DNA of 62,569 nt, filler included, from Sphacelaria rigidula (Eukaryota): NCBI GenBank assembly GCA_964200075.2. It is 11 parts of 11 records of this genome, joined end to end, with 100 filler letters (N's around TTAATTAATTAA, not from the genome) between each part and the next. Parts side by side here need not be neighbours in the genome. Positions count along the whole stretch, not along the records: positions 45,581 to 51,177 come from CAXNAA020025995.1; positions 51,278 to 56,873 come from CAXNAA020025996.1; positions 56,974 to 62,569 come from CAXNAA020025997.1; 8 more parts are not named here. One strand, 5' to 3'. Shown here one piece after another: positions 47,391-59,900 of this stretch. The first letter of the stretch is position 1, and each line of letters opens with the position of its first letter. Under the pieces are notes generated by a model, which worked only from the letters and a program-made list of their open reading frames with translations, was not told where the DNA came from and searched no databases. The translations under genes were made by a program, and so were the position numbers.

Positions 47391-47629
47391 GATGTGACAT
47401 CTGTGGGATCCAACAGGATGCCGAAGCCATTGCTCGGACATCTTGGCGCCGAGCAGGAGTGGCGTGCGAGGCAATGACGGAGTACTTCACCGTTGGAGGG
47501 GGGGGGCGCTGAGTTTCATTGCTGCTCTCGCAGGGGAACCAGGTGCTGACGGCCAACAGCACTTTTTGCAATACCTGTCGCTGCTCCTTCAATAATGACC
47601 CATATTTTACAAATAACAGCCGATCCCCG

Positions 47630-48010
47630 AAATTGAGGATGGAGCTTTTCATTGAGGATGAGAACCCGAAGGAGTCAAATCTTTGTATCCACACTAAATC
47701 TTCGAGATACGGTTTCATTTCTTCACCTACTGGTAGCTACTGACAACTTCTACACGCCCTACAAATTTGTATTTCGATAACCGAAATGTTGGGGTCCTAG
47801 ATGAAAAATCAATATCGGGATATGTCGGCGATCGGATCGGATGACCTAAATACCCCAAATTTGGTTTACCCCCTAGGACTCCAACATTTCGGCTATCGAG
47901 ATTCAAATTTGCGGGGCGTGTAGCAGTTGTCAATAGCTACCAGTAGGTGAAGGAATGAAACCGTATCTCGAAGATTTATTGTGGATACGAAGATTTTCAT
48001 CCTCCGGGTG
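47630..48010. mobile_element. Truncated copy of the CACGG fold-back MITE
   Basis: Palindrome centred near 47835; aligns to 37863-38240. Confidence 0.85.
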
Positions 48011-51000
48011 CGGAAAGTCGCTGGAAAGATAATGGCGGATCTCGGACGTCACGTGACCGGTGTAGCCTCGGTCGCTCTGCGAAGGGTCGAAATATCATAA
48101 ATATATTGGCGGAGGGTTTGGAACAACCTTATTCCTGATGGGTTGCCTGTGCAAGAGATTGCGAAGCGCCATTTGTTATGCACAAACAGAGGTGAGGTTA
48201 TCAGCGATCTCCAGCGTAGGCTTGGCGCGATGGGGTGGAGGTTGAATGACCTACGGGCGGCGGTGATCATGGATGCTCCCGCCGCCATCGCCTCTCTTTC
48301 CCCGGAGCAACGTGAAGATGCCGTGCGAAAAGACGGGTGGATCGTGCGCTACGATATCGTTGCCTCCGTGGAGCGCTAGTAGATGATATCGAGAGAAATC
48401 TCGTGCTCGCCGCTGAGTACATGACCAAACTGCCAACGTCGCTACGCTGTTCCATGCGATCTTTCGGTGACATATGGGGGATGGGGTTACAGGAGAACCT
48501 ACGCCGCAACAGGTGGCGCATGCGACCGATACGACCGCGCCGGCTTCACTGGCCCCCGACGGGAGAAGGAAGGGCAGTACAAAAGAGGAGATTTTCTCGT
48601 ACTTCTTGATGACAATGCTCATCACCGCCGTGCTGTAGCGCGCATATAGGCCTCCCCATGCATGGGTGCTGGCCCAGGTACTAAAGTCTCACGGTGCGAC
48701 AATTAAAGTGAACGATTTAATGGCGAAACCTGGGATCTGTTTGTCCGACAGCCAGACGAGGAAGCGGGAGGAACTCGTGGTCCAGTGGCGGGAAAAAGAC
48801 GATGCCATGCCCCAGAGGACGGAAGCGGCGGCGGCCGCGTTTGATAACTGCGACATGCATGCCACCATGAACCTCAAAGGCTCGCAATATAAGCCCTTCA
48901 TTTCCGCAACAGCCGTGGTAGTGGAACAGGATCACCCAGAGCTTGGTTATTTACAGCTGTCTCCTCATTCGGAGTGGACCCCGCTCAAGGATCTTACAGT
49001 GGCGGATATGAGGGACGGATTGCGTCGTGACAAAACCCAGGAGATGTATGACATACACGTTATGGACCTCTTCGGGAGTGCTTGCAGGAGCGCAGCTAGT
49101 GGCCGAGGAGGCGACGAAATTTTCCTGGAAACGGAATTGAGAAAGGTAAGTCTGCCTGGTCGTCTGTTCCGGTGTATCAAAGCGTGTTGCTTTGATTGTG
49201 GCACAAGCACCATCCTGGAGTCGCGATAAATGTGCTGAATATTCGCCCATATTTTCGGGGGTGGACACTTCATGCTGTATCATATAATCTGTCGGGGTTA
49301 CGTCTACGCGTTTATTCTTTTCGGGGGGATGTGGGGGTGGGGGTAGTCCATAATCACTGGCTGACCTTCACGTCGCCAAACCACGGAGGATCCATCGCAT
49401 ACGTGCCGCGCATGTGCTCGTGTCATCGCCCCAGGAGCCACCGCCCGTGCCGTACGGGGAATGTTGCGACCAGGGTGTGACGAGGCTGACAATGTGCAGT
49501 AATGGCATGACGGTACCCTGTCCGGTACATATGCCGCTGTCTCGCCTGACCGTAACGAAATCTACGAGCAATGAGTTTGCGTTATACGGCAATTGTGTGT
49601 TGCAAGTGTGTTCCGACTTCTTATGGAGTATCAACTTTATGCCCTTTCGCACGGTGCGTATCGGAGTCATCTGCAGGGTGTCCAGTCGGAGCCCCGCATG
49701 GCGCAACAGACCGTGAACATAATCATCCAAGAGGGATCCACGAAAGACTATGAAGCAAACGAGCGTGTCCTTCACAGGATCTGCCGCATTTTAAACCTAG
49801 GCGAGCGCGATGGACGCCACCGCGCCGTGATAGCTGGGGACGAGGTATCTTCCATGGGGTTTACCGTTACTGTCAGATGCACCCAGAGATGTTGGAGCAG
49901 GTGTTCCTGTGGCCCGGGGATTTCCACATTCTCATGCACCTTGCCAAGGCATTGCTGAAAGGAACCTTGGCGAAAGTCCTCGGTGGTGACGATGCCAGCG
50001 CTGCAGAGGGGACCAACTACCGCCGGGCACACCACCAGCTCACTGTACTTTACGAGTCCTTCATTGTGGTCATCATGGCCATCATGCGGGAGGAGCTGGG
50101 GGCAGCGTTTCGCGAAGGAGCGCTCGGCGCTGAGCAGGTCATGGAGTGGATTAACCGCCGGGCAGTCGATCACAAGACGTTCGATTTTGGGCACTGTTCC
50201 TCCTCGTCGACAACCCGGCGTACGCGGGGATGGGGAGGGGTGGGCGCACTGAAGATTACAAGCTGCGCAATGCCTGCCTGCGCATGGCGGTGCCGATTTT
50301 CTGTGGTTACGGGAAGGACCGATGCCAGTGGGAAGTTACTGTTCACTTGGGATCCTGACACGCATGACCAATAACGACCACGGGGCCATGACCGAGTCAT
50401 TATCTACCTCCTTGGGCGGGGGTGCTTTTTCCCGCCTGGCATTGGATGAGAGGTAAAACGTGTCAAACTGCGGCTACAAGGGAGTAACGAAGAAAATTAT
50501 GAAATCGTTTGGCGCAAAGCTGACAGCCATCGTGGGCGCGCGGGAGAGGGCCATTGGCAAGATCGAACAAGCTTTCTTTCCACCTCCTCACAAGGGGAGC
50601 GCCGTGAGTCGTGCGTGACTGCCTCGCCTTTAGCACCGACAGCCGAGAGAATCTAGTGGCGTCGGACGGCCGCGTGCTCACAGTTTAGGAAGGAGCCGAA
50701 ATCCTCGATGTCCCCACCTAGTGTGAAGAGGTGTGGACAGGGGTCATCAAGAGATGCGTATTCAGGGGTAAATCGGCTGACAGCACACTAAAGTGGAAGA
50801 TGAAATTCGTTCCCCCGGCACGCAGCAGCAAGAAATCAACGAAACAGGAGGGGAGGTCTTCGGCCTTGAAGAAGAGTAGGAACAGTCTCAGCATGCAGGT
50901 GGTGGAACTTCACAACATACTCACTTCGCTTCTTAGCCGTGGCGACCTTGTCACGCCGGAGGACCTCGTGCAAGTTGTACTACACCTCGGGACGGTCGTC

Positions 51001-51329
51001 CCGCAAGCCATGGCGATCGTGGATGGAGATACGTTCCTGTCCGATTTTTGTCCGCTGCTTGTGCCTCACCCAGGGGGCAGCGCGGAGAAGCGTTTCGGAC
51101 ACGTAGCCCCCCCCCCCCCCCCCCCACCCCCCCCCCCAACCCCCCCCACACCCCCGCCACCACCCCCCGCCACCCCCNNNNNNNNNNNNNNNNNNNNNNN
51201 NNNNNNNNNNNNNNNNNNNNNTTAATTAATTAANNNNNNNNNNNNNNNNNNNNNNNNNNNNNNNNNNNNNNNNNNNNAAAGCACTGTTTTAGGCTTGAAC
51301 CTCATCTCGGAGTTAAACCTCAATTCGCA

Positions 51330-53730
51330 CAATTTGTTGTTAAATCTGCTTCATGTCCGATATGCCCATCTATATCATCCCCCACAACTGCAAGAAGCGG
51401 GCGGGAAGCATAGTTATGGTGTGACTATTAGTACGTTTGCGTCGGCGATATCCACAAGACAGCACGCATTTGCGAGTATCAGCGAAAAGACCGGGTCACT
51501 CATAGTGTGCGTTGACCACTACATACAGTCGTTTTTATCACTCCGGCGTGCCCATGCGTAGTGTGAACCAACGCGAGCAGGCCAGGCATGAGACTGCGTG
51601 GAATAGCCAACTTACCTGGCGCCCAACTTACCTGGCGCCCTAGGTGAGGTATACCACAGAAGATCATATTCATTTTGGAATGTACGCTTCCTGCCTCTTA
51701 CCTGTACCCTCGTCCTTTTTCTTCAACATTAACCTATCCATGATGGGCTCAAGCCGGGGGTCCCGCTTTTGCAGCAAAAATAGTCGCGGCTTGTTCATCA
51801 GAGTCGCTCTCGCCTGCTCGAGAACGGTCTGAGGGCCACCTTTACCTGGTATCCGTGGCTCCTCAGGTGGAGCCTCCCCCCCACCAGGGTCTTGGTCTAA
51901 CTTCCGCTCAGCATCTTGAATCGACGAACGAGTTACAGCGGCCCCCCAAGACTCTGGTAACTCTGCTTCGTCACGAGGTCATATCGTAGCGAGCGTGCTC
52001 AAATCCTCATTCTCACCCTGGATACGAGTCAGGCTGAACATACCTTCCGCTTCCACTTGATAGAACCACCTTCATCATCCACGGGTGAGCGAAATTAGCC
52101 ATAATCTATGGCATGACGTCGTTATTTACCGGGGTGATGTCTCGTAACAGTCGAGAGTGGTCGCAACTTTCACGAAACCGTCTCTTTCCAGCTGGACTGC
52201 TTCTTCCTGTCCACCTGCGTCCGCCCCATGGGGTCTGAATTCCTCGCGCCTTGGTTTCCCGTTCGTCAGCTGAGAACGAAATAATCTGGGCCATCGGATT
52301 CTCGCAAGTGTGAACCGCCTCGCCCTGTCCTGTCGGCACCAGAAAAATAAATACCTGTCCACCCTAATCGCTAACCCAACGTGGGCCAGGCGATGGTGTA
52401 CGTTTCCACTCGCTGCTTCCACGCTCGCATTTGTCCTTCCCTCCGACAATCAGTTTTCAAGGCGACCACATAGGTCAGTCTCTTTCGATACGGCGCGCCC
52501 ACCTGCACGGCTGCGACTGAGGCCTGCTCAGTGAGACCCCCAGCTCCGCTCAACACGGAGCAACGAGCTCGTTCTTACCAGGAGAGCGCACCATCACAGC
52601 AGTACTCTCCGAGATCAGCGTTGTCACAGAGGTTGACGAGAGGAATGACTTGACCAACTTCTTGACGACGCTGGCTGATGCTGACTCCGGCTCGGTCCAT
52701 TCGATTGGTGCAACCCGACTTGTATCACCTACCAACACTACTTGTGGTTGCACTTCTTTCACAAGGTTGTGGAAAGAACCGCGCCCCGGACTTGTATGTA
52801 CCAGCCTGACTCCCCTTTCCAATCTGGTTTACTCCAACACAATCCAACGCCTTTCAGTCCGCATCAGCGTATCACTTCTACGAACTCTTTGGGCGCCAAA
52901 ATGCTTCCTTCACCTCCAACTGGAAAAACCCATTCGTTTAATTAACACTCGTAGAGTACTTGGGTTCTGCTAGCCCACCATACATGGTCTACATATCCCT
53001 CAAACTGCCACTGTATGACTTCAGAAGTTGGTTCAGTCCACGATAATCTTGACATAGTCGTAAACTACCGCCCGTCTTTCTTTCGAACCGTGACGCAGGC
53101 GGCTGCCCATGCTAGCGTCGATCGCACGCAGCCTGGGACTAGCTTGCTAGCGAAACCTTCTGAGCTTACGTCCTCCGTTAGATGCAGCAGCCACTGCAGC
53201 GTAGTATCATCCTCCCACGTCACTCCAAGATTTTTGCACACCTCATTTGATGCTACCAGTTCGTTCCGACCAGACAACCTCCCCGTCGAGTCGTCACTGA
53301 GCGCGCCTGGCTTGACAGCACGGAAGAAGTCCAAAGGTGCCGAATCTCCGTGGCCGGTGAGGTGGTCGGTGTCAACAGCTCCGAGTTATGGGGGACTGTT
53401 AGACACGAACCGTATTCACGGTGCCTCCGGCGAAGGCCGAAATCTCGATCGCCCTCCGAAAGATAACGTGCTCTTGTCTCTCCTGAAGAAACTCGCTGCC
53501 GAAATAAATTCATATGGCAATTCATGGACCACCCGGACCCATACCTTTATTAACTTATCCTTTGTGTGGAAACGAATAGGAAATACGACTGACCCTAGGA
53601 TCCTCATCGGAGGTATCTCACTGTTACTAGGGTTAGCGGACCTCACAATTCCTGCTCACTGCCGCTGCAACTTATTTGCTATTTTACCCCACGTTACCAA
53701 CAACCTCCACCACTGTTTCGATGCATAGCT
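51330..53730 (-). mobile_element. Degenerate Ty3/gypsy pol fragment (protease, RT, RNase H remnant, integrase N-terminus)
   Basis: Protease half VRVVHELPYEFI (about 53500-53545), RT WAAACVTVRKKDG / LRLCQDYRGLNQLLK / GFFQL (about 52915-53110), RNase H-like RRFTL...LFRSQ (about 52270-52325), integrase Zn region HTTHGHAGV...VLSCG.RRRKR...MLPARFL (about 51390-51570). The order PR-RT-RH-IN is gypsy-type. Confidence 0.88.
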
Positions 53731-54767
53731 CCCCCCCCCTGCCCCGGTGCCCAGTAACGCCGTTACTGGCGAGTGGTGGCTAGTTTTGCTGTGGTGCCAA
53801 ACTTCAGCTTATACCCACAGCTGCTGTGCATCGTTCCTACTCGCTTGGGGCTAAAATGGCGTTTGAAGCAGGGGTAGCCCCGGACGGGTGAAATGTTTGT
53901 ATGCGTACCGCCATGGGGTTAGGTGGAGCCTAGTCCCTAGATCGATGCTACAGAGGCGGCGGCAGCTGCGGCGGCAGCTGAGCATGGAATATGTACACTG
54001 CTGGTTGTGCCTGGCTTGGGATGAACAATGTCAACGGAGACCCAGTTACTGGAAGTATCCGCTGAAGAAAAACGGAGGAAACATCGGTTGTGCAAACCGT
54101 TGGTCAGGAGCACTAAGCAAATTCATCTGCGGCGCCTCCGCGGTGTTTTATTGCAAAGGCGCAAAAATATTGCTATTGTTGTCCTGGCGCAGAAAAACTG
54201 CTGCAGTGGCGGATGCACAAAAGATTGATGCTGCTGAGGAGGTGCGGCAACCTTCTGCCGCGTGGGAGGGTGCGTCAAACTGGTGCTGCATGGGAAGGTG
54301 CTTGCACGGGAGGCTGTTGAACAGATCCTGCCGGGTAGAAGGGCTGGGCTCGAGGGTTCAAGGGGTTTCCATTCCTTTTTCACCGATTTGGGGTTAGCTA
54401 TGTGGTAATGAACACGTTTTACCTGCACGCACGTGCCACATAAATGTAAAAACACCGATTGAAATAAGTATGGATGCTTCATTGCAGTGTATTACAATCT
54501 CCATGATTCAAGAGCCACGAGGGCGGTGTCTGTCAAAAACATTCTCAGTCATCAACGGCGTGAGAAACGATGGAACCAGTAAGATGGATAGCAGCGCTTC
54601 ACCAGTATAACGATAGCGAACAAAAAACAAAAGGAGGAAGGAGGACGAAGGGAACAGCAATATAACCGGACAAAACAGGTTCACGCGAGTGCATTTGGCC
54701 AGGGTATCACGTGTCGGGGACAGCCAGGTATAAATTCATGGACTCCCAAGGGAATTCTGGCTCCATG

Positions 54768-54945
54768 GTAACCTGTTCGAACACACATGGGAAATCCTGG
54801 ATCCCTGTCAACCTGTTCGAAAACGCATGGGAAATCCTGGATCCATGTCAACCTGTTCGAACATGCAAGGGAAACTCCTCGCCCCCGGTCAACCTCTTCG
54901 AAAACACATGGGAAATCGTCGCTCCCCTGTCAACCTCTTCGAACA
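54768..54945. repeat. Tandem repeat, about 40-bp unit, 4.5 copies
   Basis: GTCAACCTSTTCGAAAACACATGGGAAATC repeated. Confidence 0.9.
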
Positions 54946-56973
54946 AGCATAGTCTGGACATCTTGAGCCTTCGTCCTCGCCCATTTTCCCGTATGCAACC
55001 AAACCCTGCTTGTTCGCTGTATGGTGCAAGCCTATATATATATATATATATACACACATGGTTCATACAACTTTCTCGTTCATCCATTCGATGTCCGGCT
55101 TGTATGTTAGCAACTTGCATAGTCTCCACGATACACGCACGAGTCGTTCATTACAAGCCAACGACTTTCATCAGATTATTTCCAGTGTAAATCTCGGCAA
55201 AGGAATGTATGGAACCCATGGACTCTCAAGACCAGAAGATTGTAGCCCTGCCCCCGGGACGGTCATAGCGCGCAGATAGGTAGACGGTCATCTTCGAATT
55301 GATTGTCGGAGCACGCGCATGTAGATGGTCGCCTTTGAATGGGTTGTCAGAGCGTGCACGAGTATAGACGGTCAACGGGAACTGACGGAGCATCCGTCTG
55401 GTGGCCTCACACAAACACATTAGCATGCAGCTTCACTCATAGCCGCTCAATCGTCATGAGTAGCTACATAGAAATTGGCACGCGGGCACCAACAATAATT
55501 GTTGACGAGCAATTGTTGCAGGCTCATGCAGTCCTGTGACCCACCGCTGCGGGTAATATTGATCAAATAATGGTACGTTCAACAGTGCACCTGGAAATAT
55601 CCACCCACGTTTTCACAATCGAATGGTAAGCTAGAAGTACGTGGTTGGGTTTAATGTCTTGGAATCGAAACAACTTCACCTAACTCTCCATTTGTTTACG
55701 CATGCATGGCTCGTTTATACTCTTCGAAGATATCTACCAAGGGCGCAAACGATCAAACAGGGGGAGCCACGTAGAGATTACATCCATTTTCCATGACAAC
55801 AAAGCATTTCGAGCATTAATGATTTGCCCCCCCTGACCAGGGGGTAAGGTAAATACCTCATGTTTCGTTCATTCAAGCTTCGCCATTTCTGTTCACGGCT
55901 AAACGGCTTACATAGTATCGTGCCTGGTGGCATGTATGCAGACAGTATGACATTACGGTTACACAAACCGATTTTCGTGCATTAGCGGACGGCAGCGTAA
56001 CAATGTCATTCTCTATCGTTGCATACACGGTCATGTACGAGGTGCAGTTGTCAGGTGCACACGTAAACGATCACCCCTGCATTGAAAGTCGGGAAGTAAA
56101 AGTCAAAGTACATGGTTGAGTCTGGTTTCTTCAAAGTCGGAGCAGATATCACATAGCCCCGAAGTTTTCAAAGGCATGTATGACTCGCCCATACCCTTTG
56201 GAGCTATCCACCAAGGGCAAAACTATCAATAAGGGGGAACCACGTTGAAGTTACATCCAATTTCCATGACAATAGCACATATTTGCTGGTTGAATAGCGC
56301 GTTCAGTAGTTTCACTCAGGCAACACGGCCATCACTACCTTATGTGTCCCCACAGTATATAGACTCGAGTAAACAGTACACGGAAGAGGTTCTTCCGCAT
56401 GCATAGTCTGATATTTGATATTCGATGGCGATTCGAAACACTTCTGTTCCCACAGTGAAAGCACATTACTCATGCACTGTTACCTATGAACTGTTAGACT
56501 GAGTGCATACGTGGGGTTTCAACGAGGAGATGGTGCAGGCCATGAACAGTCAGTACCGTCATCCTGTACAACCATATTGTAACAGCAATCATTACTCAAT
56601 CAGACGGTAGCATGTCGAAGAACCGAGCGTCGGTATCCAAAAGTATCGCAGTACGACTAATGTGCAGGGTGAATCATGAAGCAAGAAAATTGACTCTGTC
56701 AACGATCGGCTGTCGCACATTCACACCAAGGCCAACAAACTCTCAGTCAGGACGTGAATGCAGCCATACAATTTTGTGTGCACAACGGGCACGGCGATTG
56801 CAAGCAGTAGCACAGACAGCAGTAAACAGCCGGTCCTAATTTTTGGGGTTGAAACATAATATGAGGTTGAAGTNNNNNNNNNNNNNNNNNNNNNNNNNNN
56901 NNNNNNNNNNNNNNNNNTTAATTAATTAANNNNNNNNNNNNNNNNNNNNNNNNNNNNNNNNNNNNNNNNNNNN

Positions 56974-59900
56974 CAATGTTTTGGCTCTCAAACACATGCG
57001 GGTGATGAGCACCAACCACTCTCCACGGACCAGTCCACGTCGCCATCAACTTAGGCGTAACTCCCGGGCGACGCACGCGTGCATACAAAACATAATCGCC
57101 CACCTCGAAATTCGGCAACCCCAGCCCCGACGAGGACTCCTCACGTCTACGCGCACGTTCAGCGGCAACACGTTTCTGCACTTGAACGTGGAAACGTGCT
57201 TGCAAGTCCAAACCTCCTTGCAATGCACACTGAATTTGAACATCGTCCAAAACATCACACTTCCATTCCCCCGCCGACGTAGACGCCGATACCGAGAAAG
57301 ACGTCGGAGGGGCACGACCAAACATCACGTGGTACGGTGTACTATCGTAACGACGACGATACGCTGTATTGGGCGCCCATTGCACCGCCGGCAACACGTC
57401 CCTCCCTTTGGAAACCGCTCTACGCTGCTCGAGAAGAATAGGGCGAAGAGCACAAACTACCTCCTTGACCGACCATGCGTTCGCACCTACCGTTAGACCA
57501 CAGAGAATACGCTACCGCAAACCGGTGATCAACGCGCAAAGCCTCTCGCAATCGAGCCAACATCGCATTCTCAAAATGCGTGGCGGTATCACTCACCCAC
57601 ACACGGGGGCACCCCCGAAGTTTTGCACCAATTCAGCAAAAGATGCAGCGGTCAATTCAGCAGTACACACTGCCACGGGTTCCAGAGCCACAAAGTTGCC
57701 CAAATCACCCATGATTACCAAAATGTATCGAAACCCAGCATCCTCTGACAAACGTTGGGAAGCTAGCGGGCCACTCTCGCCCATGTACAAGAAGTCATAT
57801 TGAACGACTTCATTCGGCGTGGCCCAATGGACCGTTCCGCCGACCGGGCGGGGAACAGCATTTTCCGCTCTCGAATCGGCACTGTGAAGACACTGGCGGA
57901 CAAATTCGCGCACACGAGTTTCTATCCCCTGCCAGACACAAACCTCTTGCAAGCGCAAGAGCGTCGCAGCCACACCACGATGCCCAGCGTTGCGCATGTG
58001 CGCGCAAATCATCAGACGTACCTGCAACTACTTGTCACAACTCGGAATCCACGAAACGTTTCGGCCACGCACATGCACACGAAACAGGTCTTCATTGTCC
58101 AAGATAGCAGCACCAACGCCCGACTCGAAAGATTGCACATCCGCATCTTCGGCCCCAAGGTCTTTTTGTTGCGCTTGGCGGACAACAGATTTGGACGGCA
58201 TCGAGTCATCAGGTTCACAAGGACCATACACAGCCACAACGCGCACAGGCTATTGAATTTCAACTGTTGAATTTCGACTGTAGGCACCTCCATGACCAAA
58301 CTACCCCAATGGCACTCAAATGCATTCGGAAACATTGACACCTGACAATCAGTACAAGGATGGAGCAGCGTCACGGCATGAGCCACCACATCCTTCGCTG
58401 CCGCCCACGCCTGCAGCCTGCCCTCCGTCCACGATGCAGCTTTCTTCGGAAACGCCATATCCGGACTGGATCACCCCGCCAGCAAATTCCGTGACACCAA
58501 CCCGAGCGCCAAAAGAGCCGTCATGCACAACACCAACCAACTTGACTTCACCGGATTGTACCGCCGCGGCTTCGCCTTCACCGCGGATGTCCCAGGTTTC
58601 AGCTGAACACGCATGGGCTCCACGCGCGCTGGGGGGTCACCCCGCAGCGCACGACGAAACGCGTTGATGCAGAAATGCAATATGCCGCGCAGGCGCTCCG
58701 CTTTTTAGACGCTGAGGCCTTTCGCCACAGCATCCGTCACGTTCTCCTCCAGCGCGGCCTTCCGAGCGAACTCCTCTGCCGCCCGGTCCATAAACATATC
58801 TGCGCCGCGCTCTACCAAGCGTTCCACCGCCGCGTCCCGCTACTCGGTCCGTTGCCTGCCAATCTCCTGAAGAGCATCCACCAACAAGCTCACGCGACGA
58901 CTGCACAAAAAGGCGTCCGTCTCCACGTGCGGACCAGGCGGAGGCAGCCGCGTATTGATGGAGTCCTTCAACCGCTTATACGGGTCGACTCCTAGATCCG
59001 GTAGCGTCGGCAGTCCCAGAAGAACAACGCCATCCGACCCTGGCATAGTCGCAAACGAGATCGGAGGCAACGCCGCCAGCCCCTAAGCAGTCTTGAAGGC
59101 TAGCTGCAACGGAACAGTACGCTCCGTGACTGAACCATGCTGACCTGACGCGGTGACTGCCTGCCGCGCCCCGAGCGGAAACGGGATGCGCAGCGGCACA
59201 CCCGGGAATTGACGCTCCAGCATCTCAACCATCTGCAACGGCAGACTAGTGAAATCAGCGCCAGAATCCAACACGGACCGAACCACAATGGCTGCTGTTG
59301 ATTCAAAAGCCATAGATCCGCCGGAATGTATCTGTCGGCAAGCTCCACGGGAGCTTCTTTCGCTGACCTATACACCGCTAATCCCACTTGACGCCACGGC
59401 TGCGCAAGCTGCGCAGGCCAAGACGCCCCGGCAGGTTCGAACGGCACCGCCGGCGGGTACGCCCCCCAGCCAGCAGACCAAGAATTTGGCGACCCTCCGA
59501 CCAGCACGTCAACCGGCGTCGCGCCTGGTGCTGCTGCCGGTGTCGCCACCGGCGCCACCACCTGCGAAGGCGCAGTGTTCGACTCTGTAGAAGTCGGGCC
59601 CACCTGCACCGCCCGCTGCGAAGCAACAGCACCTACGGCGGCGCCGGACCCAGAGCCAGGCCCATGCTGACGCCGCTGCCCCTGCTACTGCTGATTCTGC
59701 TGCTGCTGCGGCTGCTGCTGAGGGCTCGCCTGCGTCCCTCCATCGCCGGAGGATCCACAGCCGTCACCACGATTACCTCGTCTGTTGCCCTTGTGCTGAC
59801 GATGCTGACGGCGCGTGGTACTGGAATGCCCAGACTCTCCACCGGAAGACGTTGGGCCATCGCGCGCGTAATGGCCGACCTGGCCACAGCGGTGGCAAGT

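Larger units (their letters stand above)
46850..51100 (+). pseudogene. AcademX-like transposase gene (N-terminal Cys-rich region plus DDE domain), degenerate
   Basis: Ordered motifs: PPHAWVLAQVLKSHG, AAFDNCD (D at 48843), AVIAGDE (D at 49839), FLWPGDFHILM (49913-49927), GTNYRRAHHQL..LYE, KTFDFW, LRMAVPIF..YGKD, FSRLALDE (50445-50450), VPQAMAIVDG. Several stops and frameshifts; two MITE insertions at 47140-47390 and 47630-48010. Confidence 0.75.
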
